Source: an uncultured Mediterraneibacter sp. (GTDB taxonomy: Bacteria > Bacillota > Clostridia > Lachnospirales > Lachnospiraceae). From it: 64,000 nucleotides of DNA. The DNA lies in contig CALWDM010000005.1 of NCBI GenBank assembly GCA_944376695.1, forward strand, positions 5,293 to 69,292, written 5' to 3'. How positions within the stretch are numbered: the first letter of the stretch is position 1; the number at the start of each line of letters is the position of its first letter. The position numbers and the translations under genes were made by a program. Positions 10,519 through 19,775 of this stretch are shown one piece after another. Under the pieces are notes generated by a model that saw nothing but the letters and a program-made list of their open reading frames with translations, had not been told where the DNA came from and made no database searches.

Positions 10519-10923
10519 ATGAAAAAGGGAAACTGTCTGAATAGTGAAATATCGTATGAAATAGCTAAGATGGGACACTTTGACCAACTGACAATAGCAG
10601 ATGCAGGACTCCCGATTCCCCTGGGAGTAAAAAGGATCGATCTGGCTCTGTGTCCGGGAGTGCCATCGTTTGAGCAGGTGTATCGTCTTGTTTTGGAGGA
10701 GATGCATATTCAGAAAATCTATATTTCGAAAGAGTGCGAAGAAGAAAACAGAAAATTTTATGATATGATCTGCGCAGACGCTGAAAGACTGAATGTAGAA
10801 CTTGTAGAAGTAGACCACACCACGCTTAAGGAGTTGACAAAAAAGAGTAAAGCGGTAATAAGGACCGGGGAGTGCAGGCCATTTTCAAATGTGATACTTG
10901 AGTCTATGGTAAATTTTACATAG
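10519..10923 (+). CDS. rbsD: D-ribose pyranase (RbsD/FucU family)
   Basis: GHFDQLTIADAGLPIP, RIDLAL, KAVIRTGE motifs. Confidence 0.9.
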   Translation: MKKGNCLNSEISYEIAKMGHFDQLTIADAGLPIPLGVKRIDLALCPGVPSFEQVYRLVLEEMHIQKIYISKECEEENRKFYDMICADAERLNVELVEVDHTTLKELTKKSKAVIRTGECRPFSNVILESMVNFT

Positions 10924-10959
10924 AGCCTGAAGGGGATAAGAGTTTGCAAGGGAAACTGA

Positions 10960-11012
10960 GACGGGGCTGCCGCTCAGACAGAGGAATGATCTGTCCGGGC
11001 GGCAGCCCTGTC
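10960..11012. terminator. Hairpin between the convergent rbsD and Uma2 genes
   Basis: gacggggctgccgc...gcggcagccctgtc inverted repeat. Confidence 0.6.
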
Positions 11013-11558
11013 TTAGATATTTATTGAGCTGAAATCAATCTGCAGATCATCGCAGATCCCGGCTTTGACAGCCTCTGAGAACGTATATTCTGCGGTGTCG
11101 TCGGATTCGAACGAATAAACCGTGATCCGGCTTTTCTCCGGATCAACGATCCAGTACTCCCGGACCCCGGCAGTGCGGTATTTGAACAGTTTCGTATAGT
11201 AGTCCATCCGCCGGCTGCCCGGTGAGACGATCTCAATGACCCAGTCCGGCGCGCCTGCACAGCCCTTGTCTGTGAGTTTGGCGGCATCGCATATGACACT
11301 GATATCCGGCTCCACATAATTTCTGTCATCTGCATTCAGAAATACGGCAAATGGAGCGATATCTACCTCGCAGGAGCCGCCTTTTCTGTCAATATAGTCA
11401 GCAATCTTGCGATAAAGAGCACCAAGTATCTGCTGGTGTCTCCGCGAGGGCGGCGCCATCATGTACATCTGGCCGTCGATCAGCTCTGCCCGCTGTCCGT
11501 CCGGCAGGGCATAGATATCATCAATGGTATACTCTTTGTTTTGCAGTGGTAATGGCAT
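11013..11558 (-). CDS. Uma2-family (DUF820) endonuclease-like protein
   Basis: ELIDGQMYMMAPP..RHQ, VEPDISV, PDWVIEIVSPGS, GVREYWIVDP. Confidence 0.9.
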   Translation of the reverse strand: MPLPLQNKEYTIDDIYALPDGQRAELIDGQMYMMAPPSRRHQQILGALYRKIADYIDRKGGSCEVDIAPFAVFLNADDRNYVEPDISVICDAAKLTDKGCAGAPDWVIEIVSPGSRRMDYYTKLFKYRTAGVREYWIVDPEKSRITVYSFESDDTAEYTFSEAVKAGICDDLQIDFSSINI

Positions 11559-11573
11559 ATCAACACATCCTTT

Positions 11574-12134
11574 TCAAATATTTTTCATGATATTCCTCAC
11601 AACCTGATCCTGGATCTGATCAGCCCTTTCGTATTCCGCTCTGTGATCAGCGTATCTGGCGCACATGTACAGATAATCAGACAGGCGGTTTATATACTGG
11701 ACCGCTTTGGCGTCCGCACCGTAGTTCTGCTCTACTTTGCGGAAGCGACGCTCCGCGCGCCTTGCCACAGCTCTTGCCACGTCCAGCCTTGCAGACTGCT
11801 CGCAGCCGCCGTAGAGGACGAACTCTTTGGCGCGGGGGAAGGAATTTTCGATCCGGTCGATTTCCTTCTCCAGGGCAGAAGTCTCCTCCGCGGAAAAGCG
11901 GTAATCCATACAGCGCGGATCGGCGACGCCGGCCATGATCTGCATGAGGTTTCGCTGTATATGGGAAAGACGCTCCTTCAGAGAGGCATCGGCAAGAACC
12001 TTTGCAAGGCCGATGTGGCTGTTCAGCTCATCGATGGCGCCCAGCAGCTCAATGCGGTCGTCTGACTTGGAAACACGGATCCCGTTCATGAGAGAGGTGG
12101 TTCCCCTGTCCCCGGTTTTCGTATAGATATTCAT
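11574..12134 (-). CDS. pduO: ATP:cob(I)alamin adenosyltransferase, PduO type
   Basis: IYTKTGDRGTT, GAIDELNS, RAVARRAER, YINRLSDYL motifs. Confidence 0.93.
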   Translation of the reverse strand: MNIYTKTGDRGTTSLMNGIRVSKSDDRIELLGAIDELNSHIGLAKVLADASLKERLSHIQRNLMQIMAGVADPRCMDYRFSAEETSALEKEIDRIENSFPRAKEFVLYGGCEQSARLDVARAVARRAERRFRKVEQNYGADAKAVQYINRLSDYLYMCARYADHRAEYERADQIQDQVVRNIMKNI

Positions 12135-12475
12135 ATTCCGTAGTCCTCCTTAAAAGGCAGTTTCTTGATGGCGCGGGCGCTGTTTGCGCCGATGTTCCGG
12201 CACTGGATCCGGCTGGGCGCAAGATAGCTCTCGATATTGCGCCCTTTTTCCAGACCGCGCATTTTCAGGCACACTGCCGTGCCGAAGATGCCGATCCCGG
12301 ATCCCAGCATGGAATCCCGGGCCGCTTTATACGCCAGTTTTTCCATACACTCATCCGGAAATTCAACAGTGTCGTAAAATACGCCTTCCTCCTCGACCCC
12401 GGCGCAGACTTCCTTTAAGACCGCCGGGTCCGCCTGATGAGTGTAGATAAAGATAGATGGTCTCTGAATGATCAT
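12131..12475 (-). CDS. pduH: Diol/glycerol dehydratase reactivase small subunit
   Basis: GVEEEGV, AARDSMLGSGIGI, RNIGANSARAIKKLPF; start at the ATG overlapping the pduG stop. Confidence 0.85.
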   Translation of the reverse strand: MIIQRPSIFIYTHQADPAVLKEVCAGVEEEGVFYDTVEFPDECMEKLAYKAARDSMLGSGIGIFGTAVCLKMRGLEKGRNIESYLAPSRIQCRNIGANSARAIKKLPFKEDYGI

Positions 12476-14307
12476 TGCTGTTCTCCTACATAAGAGAGTA
12501 CGAGCCCGGTCGCCACCGCGTTGCGCGGACCTTCGCTGCCGCGGATATTGCCCCGGCCGCACACAATGCGGTAATCAGTGAATGCCTCCATGAGCATTTC
12601 CGGGATCTCAAAATCCTCCGCTGAGCCTCCCACGAGAACGACGGTGGAAATGTTTCTCAGATTGTGCTCCGGCGCGACCTTCCTGAGGGCGCGGAACGCA
12701 TTTGTCACGAAAACTTTTCGCTTGGCCTCCCTGCGGACCTGTACGATCTTTTCCATTGGGATTTCTTCCTCGATGCGGATCAGCCCGCTTTCTGTGAGGA
12801 GGACTACACGACCGAAAAACCTGGGGTCAATGGATTCGTCCACAAATGTCATCTGACCGTTTTCCATCCTCATGTGGAAGAGGCTCTCCACTTTTGCCAG
12901 CGGGTATTTTTTGATCTGCTCCGCGATATGGCGGTCGCTTAAGCCCAGCTCGGTCTGGATCAGCATGGACACCAGTTCCCCGGCTCCTGCCTGATGGGTC
13001 ATTGTCACATGCCCGTCGTCAGAGATGACCGCCGCGTCCGTTGAGCCGCCGCCCATATCCAGGATGGCCAGGGGAAGCTTCGTGCCCGGGGTCGTGAGCG
13101 CGCCGAGGCTTGCCATGACGGCCTCCACACCGGCGACCTTTACCTCTGTGTTCAGCTCTGTTTTCAGGCGGTCAGCGATCTCCTGCATCGGGAGCTTCTG
13201 TGTCTTCACCATTGCCGCGATGCCCACTGCTTTCTCAAGACAGGTCTCCCCTGCCAGGGCGCCGGAGATGAGTACCGGCGCGAGGGTGTCCACGGCAAGG
13301 ATATCCGTGATGCGGATGTCCGCCTCCGCGCTTTTGTCAAGTTCGCTCATTCCCGTCCGGATGCGGGAGAGCATGTTTCCTACATTTGTATCCGGCTGGC
13401 CGCTGATGTCGCGGATATCGCCCGCGTCCGCAGCTGCCGCCATGATCTTGTCCGCACCTTCGTCCAGATTGATCGTGATATTCCGGTCGCCGTGAAAATA
13501 GATCTCCCCTGCGGGAAGGATGTTTTCGTGGATATTTCCTCCGGGAGTCTTGAGCACAACGGCGCTGCGCTTCCCGATCAGGCTTTTCGCGATGGGGGTC
13601 ACGGTGCGGGTCTCCTCCGCGTTCAGACCCAGCAGCGTGGCGATCCCGTAGGGATTGGAAAGCATGCGGACGGTCTGGCCGGGGAGCGCCACCTCGATGG
13701 CAGCGGGGACTCCGTCCGGGAGACGGTCGATCCGCCTGACCTCATCGATGATCGGGACCTTTTTATGAATCCGGTTTTCCACAAGGACCGCCTCGTCGGC
13801 CTGCAGGATGATTCCCACGATGTCGATGCCATCGTGCTGACCGGATCCGCTTCCGTACTGGTTGACCACTGCGGCGACCTCTTCGTAGCTGTGCTCCGCG
13901 GATGCCGCGAGGATGTACGGTGTCCCCGGGACACCCCGGGAAATGTTCCCGATCAGCAGGATCTCGCCCACAGCCTGCCCCGCGCCCGCCGGGGTGGACG
14001 GATTGTGCCCGATCATGGAAGAGTCCGTGATCACAGTCTCAGTCAGCGTCTCCATGGCGGTATCGCCGATGACGGGAGCCGCCTCATTGAGGCGTACAAG
14101 GTCAATGTCAGAGGTCTCGCGCCCGATCCGGCTCATGGCCAGTTTCAGGGCGTTTTTTACAGAATAGACATTTTCGATCGTGCCTTTTGTGCCTGTCGTA
14201 GGGCAGGACGCGCTGGTCAGAAAAGTAAGATTCCCGTTTCCAGTGACTTCTCCGACACAGACTTCTGTTGTGGAATTTCCGATATCAACTCCTGCGATAT
14301 AACTCAA
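12472..14307 (-). CDS. pduG: Diol dehydratase reactivase large subunit
   Basis: IAGVDIGNSTTEV, TTGTKGT, LAILDMGGGSTDA, GPRNAVATGL. Confidence 0.95.
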   Translation of the reverse strand: MSYIAGVDIGNSTTEVCVGEVTGNGNLTFLTSASCPTTGTKGTIENVYSVKNALKLAMSRIGRETSDIDLVRLNEAAPVIGDTAMETLTETVITDSSMIGHNPSTPAGAGQAVGEILLIGNISRGVPGTPYILAASAEHSYEEVAAVVNQYGSGSGQHDGIDIVGIILQADEAVLVENRIHKKVPIIDEVRRIDRLPDGVPAAIEVALPGQTVRMLSNPYGIATLLGLNAEETRTVTPIAKSLIGKRSAVVLKTPGGNIHENILPAGEIYFHGDRNITINLDEGADKIMAAAADAGDIRDISGQPDTNVGNMLSRIRTGMSELDKSAEADIRITDILAVDTLAPVLISGALAGETCLEKAVGIAAMVKTQKLPMQEIADRLKTELNTEVKVAGVEAVMASLGALTTPGTKLPLAILDMGGGSTDAAVISDDGHVTMTHQAGAGELVSMLIQTELGLSDRHIAEQIKKYPLAKVESLFHMRMENGQMTFVDESIDPRFFGRVVLLTESGLIRIEEEIPMEKIVQVRREAKRKVFVTNAFRALRKVAPEHNLRNISTVVLVGGSAEDFEIPEMLMEAFTDYRIVCGRGNIRGSEGPRNAVATGLVLSYVGEQQ

Positions 14308-14696
14308 AGTAAGATTCCTCTCTTTTCATACACTTCTGCCGCCTCCATGACGAGACGCGCACAGTTTTTCGCGTTGTATTTTTCAAGAAGCTCCTGCGCC
14401 ATCATCACCAGCTCCAGCTTGGTGGAGCGGTTGGGGCGGAGCTTGTCGTACATCTTCAGGATCACATCGTCCGGCACGTCCACCAGCTCGGCGGCGCGCT
14501 CGAAGTTTTTCTCCATGGGCTGGTTGTCAGCCTCAAGAGCAACCTGTCCCTGCGCCCGTAAGATCTCGCGGGAGATCTTGATGTCATCGGGAGCAACATG
14601 GTCTTTCATGACTTCATCCAGCGTGATATCTGTAAATTTCTTTCCGGTCTTTGATGTGATGGATTCTTTTTCGTTTTCTGCTAAAGGATATCTCAT
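14304..14696 (-). CDS. pduE: Diol/glycerol dehydratase small (gamma) subunit
   Basis: YPL...DITL, NFERAAELVDVPDDVILKMYDKLRPNRSTK. Confidence 0.92.
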   Translation of the reverse strand: MRYPLAENEKESITSKTGKKFTDITLDEVMKDHVAPDDIKISREILRAQGQVALEADNQPMEKNFERAAELVDVPDDVILKMYDKLRPNRSTKLELVMMAQELLEKYNAKNCARLVMEAAEVYEKRGILL

Positions 14697-15389
14697 TTAT
14701 CTTCCCTCCCATTCGACAGCGCCGACTTCCGGGTCGAGCTGCTCGGTTTCTGCGATGTGCATCAGCGCTGCCTTTACCTGATATTTCGGGCGGCACATCG
14801 GGTCATTCGTACAGGGGATGGGGACGACCTGCTCGCCTTTGACATATTTTGCGGCGTTCTGCCCGATCTGGCGGTAAGTCTCCAGAGTCATGAGCGGCGC
14901 CTGCGGGAACAGCTCCAGGTTGGAGAGGGGATAGAGGTCCTTCTGATGGATGACCGTGGTGCCCTTGGACTGGATGCCCACGCCGATGCCGGAGCCGGAG
15001 AGCTTCGCCGCCTCCAGCGCCATAAAGCATACGTCGGAAGTGTCGAGGATCTTGACCACTCTCGGGATCATCCCTTCTTCCTCGATCCCTGCCTTGACAT
15101 TCCGGAGTAGTTCGTCCAGAGGGATGTCGCAGATGGTCCGTTTGATCTCTCTCTGGAACGCGGCGCCCACGCCGATCACGACCTCCTTGGGGTCTGTCCC
15201 TTTCTGTGCCCGGGGATAACCGGAATAATCCGTCTTTTCTTCGTTGATCCGGGCTCTTCCCGACATGGAAGGAACCGGGGACGAAGATGCCGGGAGGACG
15301 TCTCCTGAAACGGAGGAGCTGCCTGTATGAGACATCTGGCTTAATACTGCATTGGTGATCTGTCTGACTAATTCTTCACTGATCTGCAT
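14697..15389 (-). CDS. pduD: Diol dehydratase medium (beta) subunit with an N-terminal encapsulation-like peptide
   Basis: [38 protein letters not shown]. Confidence 0.93.
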   Translation of the reverse strand: MQISEELVRQITNAVLSQMSHTGSSSVSGDVLPASSSPVPSMSGRARINEEKTDYSGYPRAQKGTDPKEVVIGVGAAFQREIKRTICDIPLDELLRNVKAGIEEEGMIPRVVKILDTSDVCFMALEAAKLSGSGIGVGIQSKGTTVIHQKDLYPLSNLELFPQAPLMTLETYRQIGQNAAKYVKGEQVVPIPCTNDPMCRPKYQVKAALMHIAETEQLDPEVGAVEWEGR

Positions 15390-15407
15390 AAGTATCCTCC
15401 TCCTTTC

Positions 15408-17072
15408 TTATATATCCTTGGGATTGATAATGTGGGGGATCTGCTTGATCTCTTCCCAGCGCTCGCCGTCCACGCGGTAGCCGGTGCCCGGTCCCATGTA
15501 GTCGTTCGGAGTATTGACGCCTGAGAGCACATGGAAATCGCGGTCCAGGATCGCGGCTGTCTGCATATAGTCTCCGGCAACGCGCTGTTTCAGCATATTC
15601 AGGACGCTTGCCGCCACGTCTTCAAACCCGGTTTCCGCCAGCGCTTTTACGACGTCGATGCCGGTGATGCCGCGCTTTAACACGTCTTCCGCAGCAGCCA
15701 GGTCAGCGGTCACGTCCCGGGGGAGAGTGTCTTTGCTGCCGTGCGCGTAGGTCACAGCCTCGACCTGCTCGTCCGAAACCGGGGAAAGCCCGAGATTGCG
15801 GAATACTGCCTGCACGGCGCGGGCAGCCTTGTTCCTCACATGGATGACCTGCTCTTCTGTGACAGGCCTCAGGCCGCCGTCCACCTGCATATCTCTCTGG
15901 AGTACATTATAGTCGTCAAAGTCTTCTGCGTCGAAATTCGACCCGGCGAACATATTGTCATAATTCGGTTCCGCCGCGTAGCCGGAGAAGATAAAGTCCG
16001 TTCCCGGAAGGAACTCAAGCATTGTCCTGGCTGTGCGCCTCATGTCGGAATTTGAAAAGCTCTGGTCATTGGAGGAAGCACATTCCAGACCGAGGAGCGC
16101 TGCCACAAGGTTCTCCGCCAGCACTTCCCGGATGCCTGCCGGAACGGAGCCGGTCACTCCGATGCAGCTCACGGAACCATTCTGGATCCCCTGGCTTCCG
16201 GCGCCTTTTGTGACGAAGAGGCAGCGGCATTCCAGGTAGAGCATGGACTTTTTCTCACTGCTTCCCATCAGAACTTCCGAACCGGAACCGGAGGTAAAGC
16301 GGACCTTTAAGCCTCTGGATGCATACGCAGAGTTCAGGAACGCTTTGGAATACGGGGTGTCATCACCGTCGATAAACACCTTCTCCGTGCCGTACACGGA
16401 AAGCGTCTCCGCGTAAGTCGTCAGGCCGCGGATGCCAAGCTCCAGCTCGGTCGCTTCCTCCGCGGAGCACTGTGTGAGCACGCCCGGACGTCCCACCTGA
16501 GAGCCGATCAGAAGCGCCATCGCACTCAAAGGTGCATAACGGGCCACGCCCATAGTCGTCTCTTCCTCTGCGAATCCTCTGAGGGCTCCCTCCGCGGCGT
16601 CCGCCGCGATCTGCACCGGGTCGTCCTTTAAGTTTGTGATGTGGGCCTGGTTTCCCGGCGTCCTTCTCGCGCGGATCTTCTGCATCCCCATCATGAGCTC
16701 CACTACATTCAGATGGTTCATGACTTCTGTCATTTTCGCCGGAGTGATACCGGAGATCAGCTCCAGGATCTCCTTTCTGGAGACGTTGATGTCCACGATC
16801 ATCCTGGCGATATCCAGAGATGATATGGACATGGATTTCTCCGCCCTTTCGATATTGATGGCATAATCTGCGATAAACTGATCGATAAAGTCAAAATCCT
16901 CACGGTACTTTCCGTCCAGTTCCACGATCCTGCCGCCCTCTACCCTGACGGAAGGCTCCGGGTCATAAGGGCTGCTCATCGCCGCAAATCCCATCTCCGG
17001 CCATTCATTGATGTAGCCGTCCAGATTGACCGGGCGGGCATCCAGTGTCTCGATTCTTTTTGAACGTTTCAT
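15408..17072 (-). CDS. pduC: B12-dependent diol/glycerol dehydratase large (alpha) subunit
   Basis: RPVNLDG, ARRTPGNQAH, DGDDTPYSKAFL, FTSGSGSE, NYDNMFAGSNFDAEDFDDY. Confidence 0.96.
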   Translation of the reverse strand: MKRSKRIETLDARPVNLDGYINEWPEMGFAAMSSPYDPEPSVRVEGGRIVELDGKYREDFDFIDQFIADYAINIERAEKSMSISSLDIARMIVDINVSRKEILELISGITPAKMTEVMNHLNVVELMMGMQKIRARRTPGNQAHITNLKDDPVQIAADAAEGALRGFAEEETTMGVARYAPLSAMALLIGSQVGRPGVLTQCSAEEATELELGIRGLTTYAETLSVYGTEKVFIDGDDTPYSKAFLNSAYASRGLKVRFTSGSGSEVLMGSSEKKSMLYLECRCLFVTKGAGSQGIQNGSVSCIGVTGSVPAGIREVLAENLVAALLGLECASSNDQSFSNSDMRRTARTMLEFLPGTDFIFSGYAAEPNYDNMFAGSNFDAEDFDDYNVLQRDMQVDGGLRPVTEEQVIHVRNKAARAVQAVFRNLGLSPVSDEQVEAVTYAHGSKDTLPRDVTADLAAAEDVLKRGITGIDVVKALAETGFEDVAASVLNMLKQRVAGDYMQTAAILDRDFHVLSGVNTPNDYMGPGTGYRVDGERWEEIKQIPHIINPKDI

Positions 17073-17162
17073 AGTGTCTTACTCTCCCTGCGGAAAACTA
17101 TATATTGGTATGATCTCGTCCGCCTGCCGCCAGATATGTAGGGGCAGACATTTCTAAAGGTA

Positions 17163-17191
17163 ATTATACTATAATCACAGGAGAATAGCAA
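17163..17191 (-). promoter_or_regulatory. Sigma70-type promoter of the pdu operon
   Basis: Minus strand TTGCTA-N17-TATAAT. Confidence 0.65.
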
Positions 17192-17234
17192 CATAAGAAT
17201 CGAGAAATATAACAAAAACCCACAGAAAATAAAT

Positions 17235-17256
17235 CACAAAACCACACAAAACCACA
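17235..17256. repeat. Tandem 10-bp direct repeat upstream of the pdu promoter
   Basis: cacaaaacca cacaaaacca ca. Confidence 0.6.
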
Positions 17257-17397
17257 TTTGAGTAAGAATGCCATATATGGACGGACAGAGGGTGTGGACA
17301 TGGCGGCGGCAGATGTTATAATGGATGAAGCGCCTGCCGGGATATTCTGATGCAGAGGGATGAATGGGATGGAAACAGGCGCCGGAGTGAGGCTGGC

Positions 17398-18195
17398 TTA
17401 TCTGACAAACACATATTCACGGTCAGTGGATAAATCTTCCCGGTAATGCCAGCCAGGACTGTCGAAATCCCGGACGTCAGCCGCGCGGGTGATCTGGTTT
17501 TCCGCCATCCAGCGCACCATCTCGCCGCGTGCGGCCTTTGCCTGCGTCCCCTTGACTTTGACCCTGCCGTCCGACAGTTCTCCGAAGATACAGGTGACAC
17601 AGGCAGGGGCGCTGCCCGGGAAGGCGGGATCCCCGGATGAAAGCGGCCCTGTACTGCGATGCTGTTCCAGCCAGGGCAGGACAGCCTTGCTGTACTCGGC
17701 GGAAGCGAGATTGACAAGCTCGGCCGTGCCTTCGCTCAGGAGCTTTCTGTACAGAGCGTCTCCCCACCACCCGTACAGGTCTGTCCCCCTGTCTGTCGGC
17801 AGTTTTGCCTGCATTTCCAGGCGGTACGGGATTACTTTGTCCGTGGGGGACAGGACGCCGTAGAAGCCGGAGAGGATGCGCAGATGGGAGACCGCATAAT
17901 CCCACTGGGAGTCCGTGAAGACTCCGGGAGCCATGTGCTGGTACTGGATGCCCTCGTAGGAGAGGAGCGCAGGGGTGAGCGCGAGCTCCGGGGAATACGT
18001 GTGGAGCCGCTCCCGGTTCAGTTCGGCGAGGCGGTCGCTGCATTTCCAGAGAGATTTCAGTTCAGCGAGGCTTTTCCCTTTCAGTATGGAATGCAGTTCC
18101 AGCGCCCGGTCAAGAAATACCGGGACTGTAAGTCCACGGGGAGCGTCCTCTGTAATGTTCATTTTTTTGGCGGGTGAAATAATAATCTTCAGCAT
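17398..18195 (-). CDS. yaaA: Peroxide stress protein YaaA (DUF328)
   Basis: IIISPAKKM, LRILSGFYGVL, YRLEM, LVNLASAEY, KAARGEMVRW; start reassigned to 18195. Confidence 0.9.
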   Translation of the reverse strand: MLKIIISPAKKMNITEDAPRGLTVPVFLDRALELHSILKGKSLAELKSLWKCSDRLAELNRERLHTYSPELALTPALLSYEGIQYQHMAPGVFTDSQWDYAVSHLRILSGFYGVLSPTDKVIPYRLEMQAKLPTDRGTDLYGWWGDALYRKLLSEGTAELVNLASAEYSKAVLPWLEQHRSTGPLSSGDPAFPGSAPACVTCIFGELSDGRVKVKGTQAKAARGEMVRWMAENQITRAADVRDFDSPGWHYREDLSTDREYVFVR

Positions 18196-18292
18196 GATCG
18201 ATTCCTTTCCGGTCTTTTGTGTATGGAACGAGTATACCACAGAAGACGGGAAAAGGAGAACAAAGAAAAAAAGAAAAGGAGAATTTACACAT

Positions 18293-18907
18293 ATGGGAGC
18301 AAAAATCATCCTCGGGTCTGCCTCACCGCGCAGGCGGGAGCTTTTAAGCCAGATCGGCATCGGATTCACAGTCAGGGTCAGCGATAAGGAGGAAATCTAT
18401 CACAGTGAGATCCCGGAAGAGATCGTAAAAGAGCTGGCGCTCATGAAAGCGGAAAATGTCGCCGCTGAGCTATTTGAAGAACAACAGGCTCCACCGGTCC
18501 GGGAAGAGGCGGACTTTGTAGTCATCGGCGCGGATACGGTCGTGGTGCTGGACCAGAAGATACTGGGGAAACCGGCGGACGGGGAGGACGCCTTCCGGAT
18601 GCTGAAGTCTCTCCAGGGCAGGGCGCATGAGGTATATACCGGTGTGGCCGTGCTGTGCTGCAAAGAGGGGAAGATACAGACTGTGCGCAGCCATGCAGTA
18701 AAGACAGAGGTGTATGTACATGAGATGACGGAGGATGAGATCCGCGGATATATCGCTACAGGGGAGCCCTCAGATAAGGCAGGCGGATATGGCATACAGG
18801 GGATCTTTGCCAAATATATCGACCGCATTGACGGGGACTACTATAATGTAGTGGGGCTGCCGGTCTCCTTTGTATATCAGACGCTGAAAGAGATCGGGGC
18901 GCTGTGA
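18293..18907 (+). CDS. maf: Maf-family nucleotide pyrophosphatase
   Basis: ILGSASPRRRELL, VIGADTVV, DKAGGYGIQG, NVVGLP. Confidence 0.93.
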   Translation: MGAKIILGSASPRRRELLSQIGIGFTVRVSDKEEIYHSEIPEEIVKELALMKAENVAAELFEEQQAPPVREEADFVVIGADTVVVLDQKILGKPADGEDAFRMLKSLQGRAHEVYTGVAVLCCKEGKIQTVRSHAVKTEVYVHEMTEDEIRGYIATGEPSDKAGGYGIQGIFAKYIDRIDGDYYNVVGLPVSFVYQTLKEIGAL

Positions 18908-18971
18908 TACAGGGCCGGAAGCCGGAAGTGAAAACAGGATCACAGTCCGCATCCTGTTTCTGCACAGCTTC

Positions 18972-19538
18972 TCACACTGATGTCCACAGAGAATCGCCGT
19001 GCTCCCGCAGCCATCTGCGCGCCTGCCGGTAATCGGGCAGGACAGACTCCACGATGGCATAAAATGCTTTTGAGTGGTTCATCTCCCTGCGGTGGGCAAG
19101 CTCATGGACCACAACATAGTCCAGGACCTCTTCCGGCGCCAGGATGAGCCGCCAGTTAAAGTTCAGGTTCCCTTTGCTGCTGCAGCTCCCCCACCGCGTT
19201 TTCTGCTCACGGATCGCGATACGCCCGTAGGATACGCCCATGATACGGGCGTAATAAGCAGTTTTGCGGGTGAAGATATCCCTTGCGATGGAAATGTATC
19301 TGGCGCGGTCTTTGTCAGACAGAGGGGGAAGCTCCGGGGCGGGATGCTCTTTCCGCTGTTTTTCGAAACGCGCGAGCTGCCTTAATACCCAGTCTTCTTT
19401 CTGCCGGACAAAAGCTTCGATAAAGCTGCGGGGACAGCGCTTCGGCGCGCGGACGATGACCCTGCCGTCAGGCGTGACCTGGAGAGCAGTGGTCCTGCGC
19501 GTACTGTATATGATCTCGTAGGTAAAAGGATGGTCCAT
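18972..19538 (-). CDS. YgjP/M48-like (DUF45) metal-dependent hydrolase
   Basis: QKTRWGSCS, YVVVHELAHRREMNHS (HExxH). Confidence 0.88.
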   Translation of the reverse strand: MDHPFTYEIIYSTRRTTALQVTPDGRVIVRAPKRCPRSFIEAFVRQKEDWVLRQLARFEKQRKEHPAPELPPLSDKDRARYISIARDIFTRKTAYYARIMGVSYGRIAIREQKTRWGSCSSKGNLNFNWRLILAPEEVLDYVVVHELAHRREMNHSKAFYAIVESVLPDYRQARRWLREHGDSLWTSV

Positions 19539-19595
19539 GGGTGCACCTCGCTGGATGGAATGATACGATGCGGTATGTAACGGGGGAGATACTGA

Positions 19596-19624
19596 TTGAC
19601 ACATATTCGGATGTTGACTATAAT
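19596..19624 (+). promoter_or_regulatory. Consensus sigma70 promoter driving a small RNA
   Basis: TTGACA-N17-TATAAT exact consensus with no downstream plus-strand ORF. Confidence 0.8.
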
Positions 19625-19630
19625 ATACTT

Positions 19631-19726
19631 AACAAGGGAGCCGATAGCTAGCTGAAACCTAGCCACCTCGGCAAAAATGTATTACAAAATAGCGCTACAC
19701 TGACCAGGTGGGGGCGCTATTTTTTG
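19631..19726 (+). ncRNA. Putative antisense sRNA (type I TA antitoxin)
   Basis: About 95 nt between the consensus promoter and a terminator; two hairpins (gccga..gctag/ctagc..tcggc and aaaatagcgc/gcgctatttt); antisense to the 3' end of the peptide ORF. Confidence 0.6.
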
Positions 19727-19773
19727 TTATGCTTATTGATGGTTATAACAAGGGTAATAACAGCAACTAGCAT
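19717..19773 (-). CDS. 18-aa hydrophobic peptide MLVAVITLVITINKHNKK (holin-like type I toxin or its remnant)
   Basis: Manual translation; TM helix plus basic tail; ATG 2 nt after the Xre stop; below the ORF-track length cutoff. Confidence 0.5.
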   Translation of the reverse strand: MLVAVITLVITINKHNKK

Positions 19774-19775
19774 AG

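Noticed and set aside
11013-11558. Uma2 endonuclease as a defence system
   Set aside because: Uma2/DUF820 genes are scattered paralogs in these genomes and it has no partner gene here
13492-14781. Long plus-strand ORF (429 aa) antisense to pduG/pduE
   Set aside because: Shadow ORF of a codon-biased gene; no recognisable motifs or RBS
17975-18292. Extended N-termini given by the ORF track for maf (and likewise yaaA, loaP, lactonase, fnlC)
   Set aside because: Downstream ATGs with clear RBS and family-typical N-termini fit better
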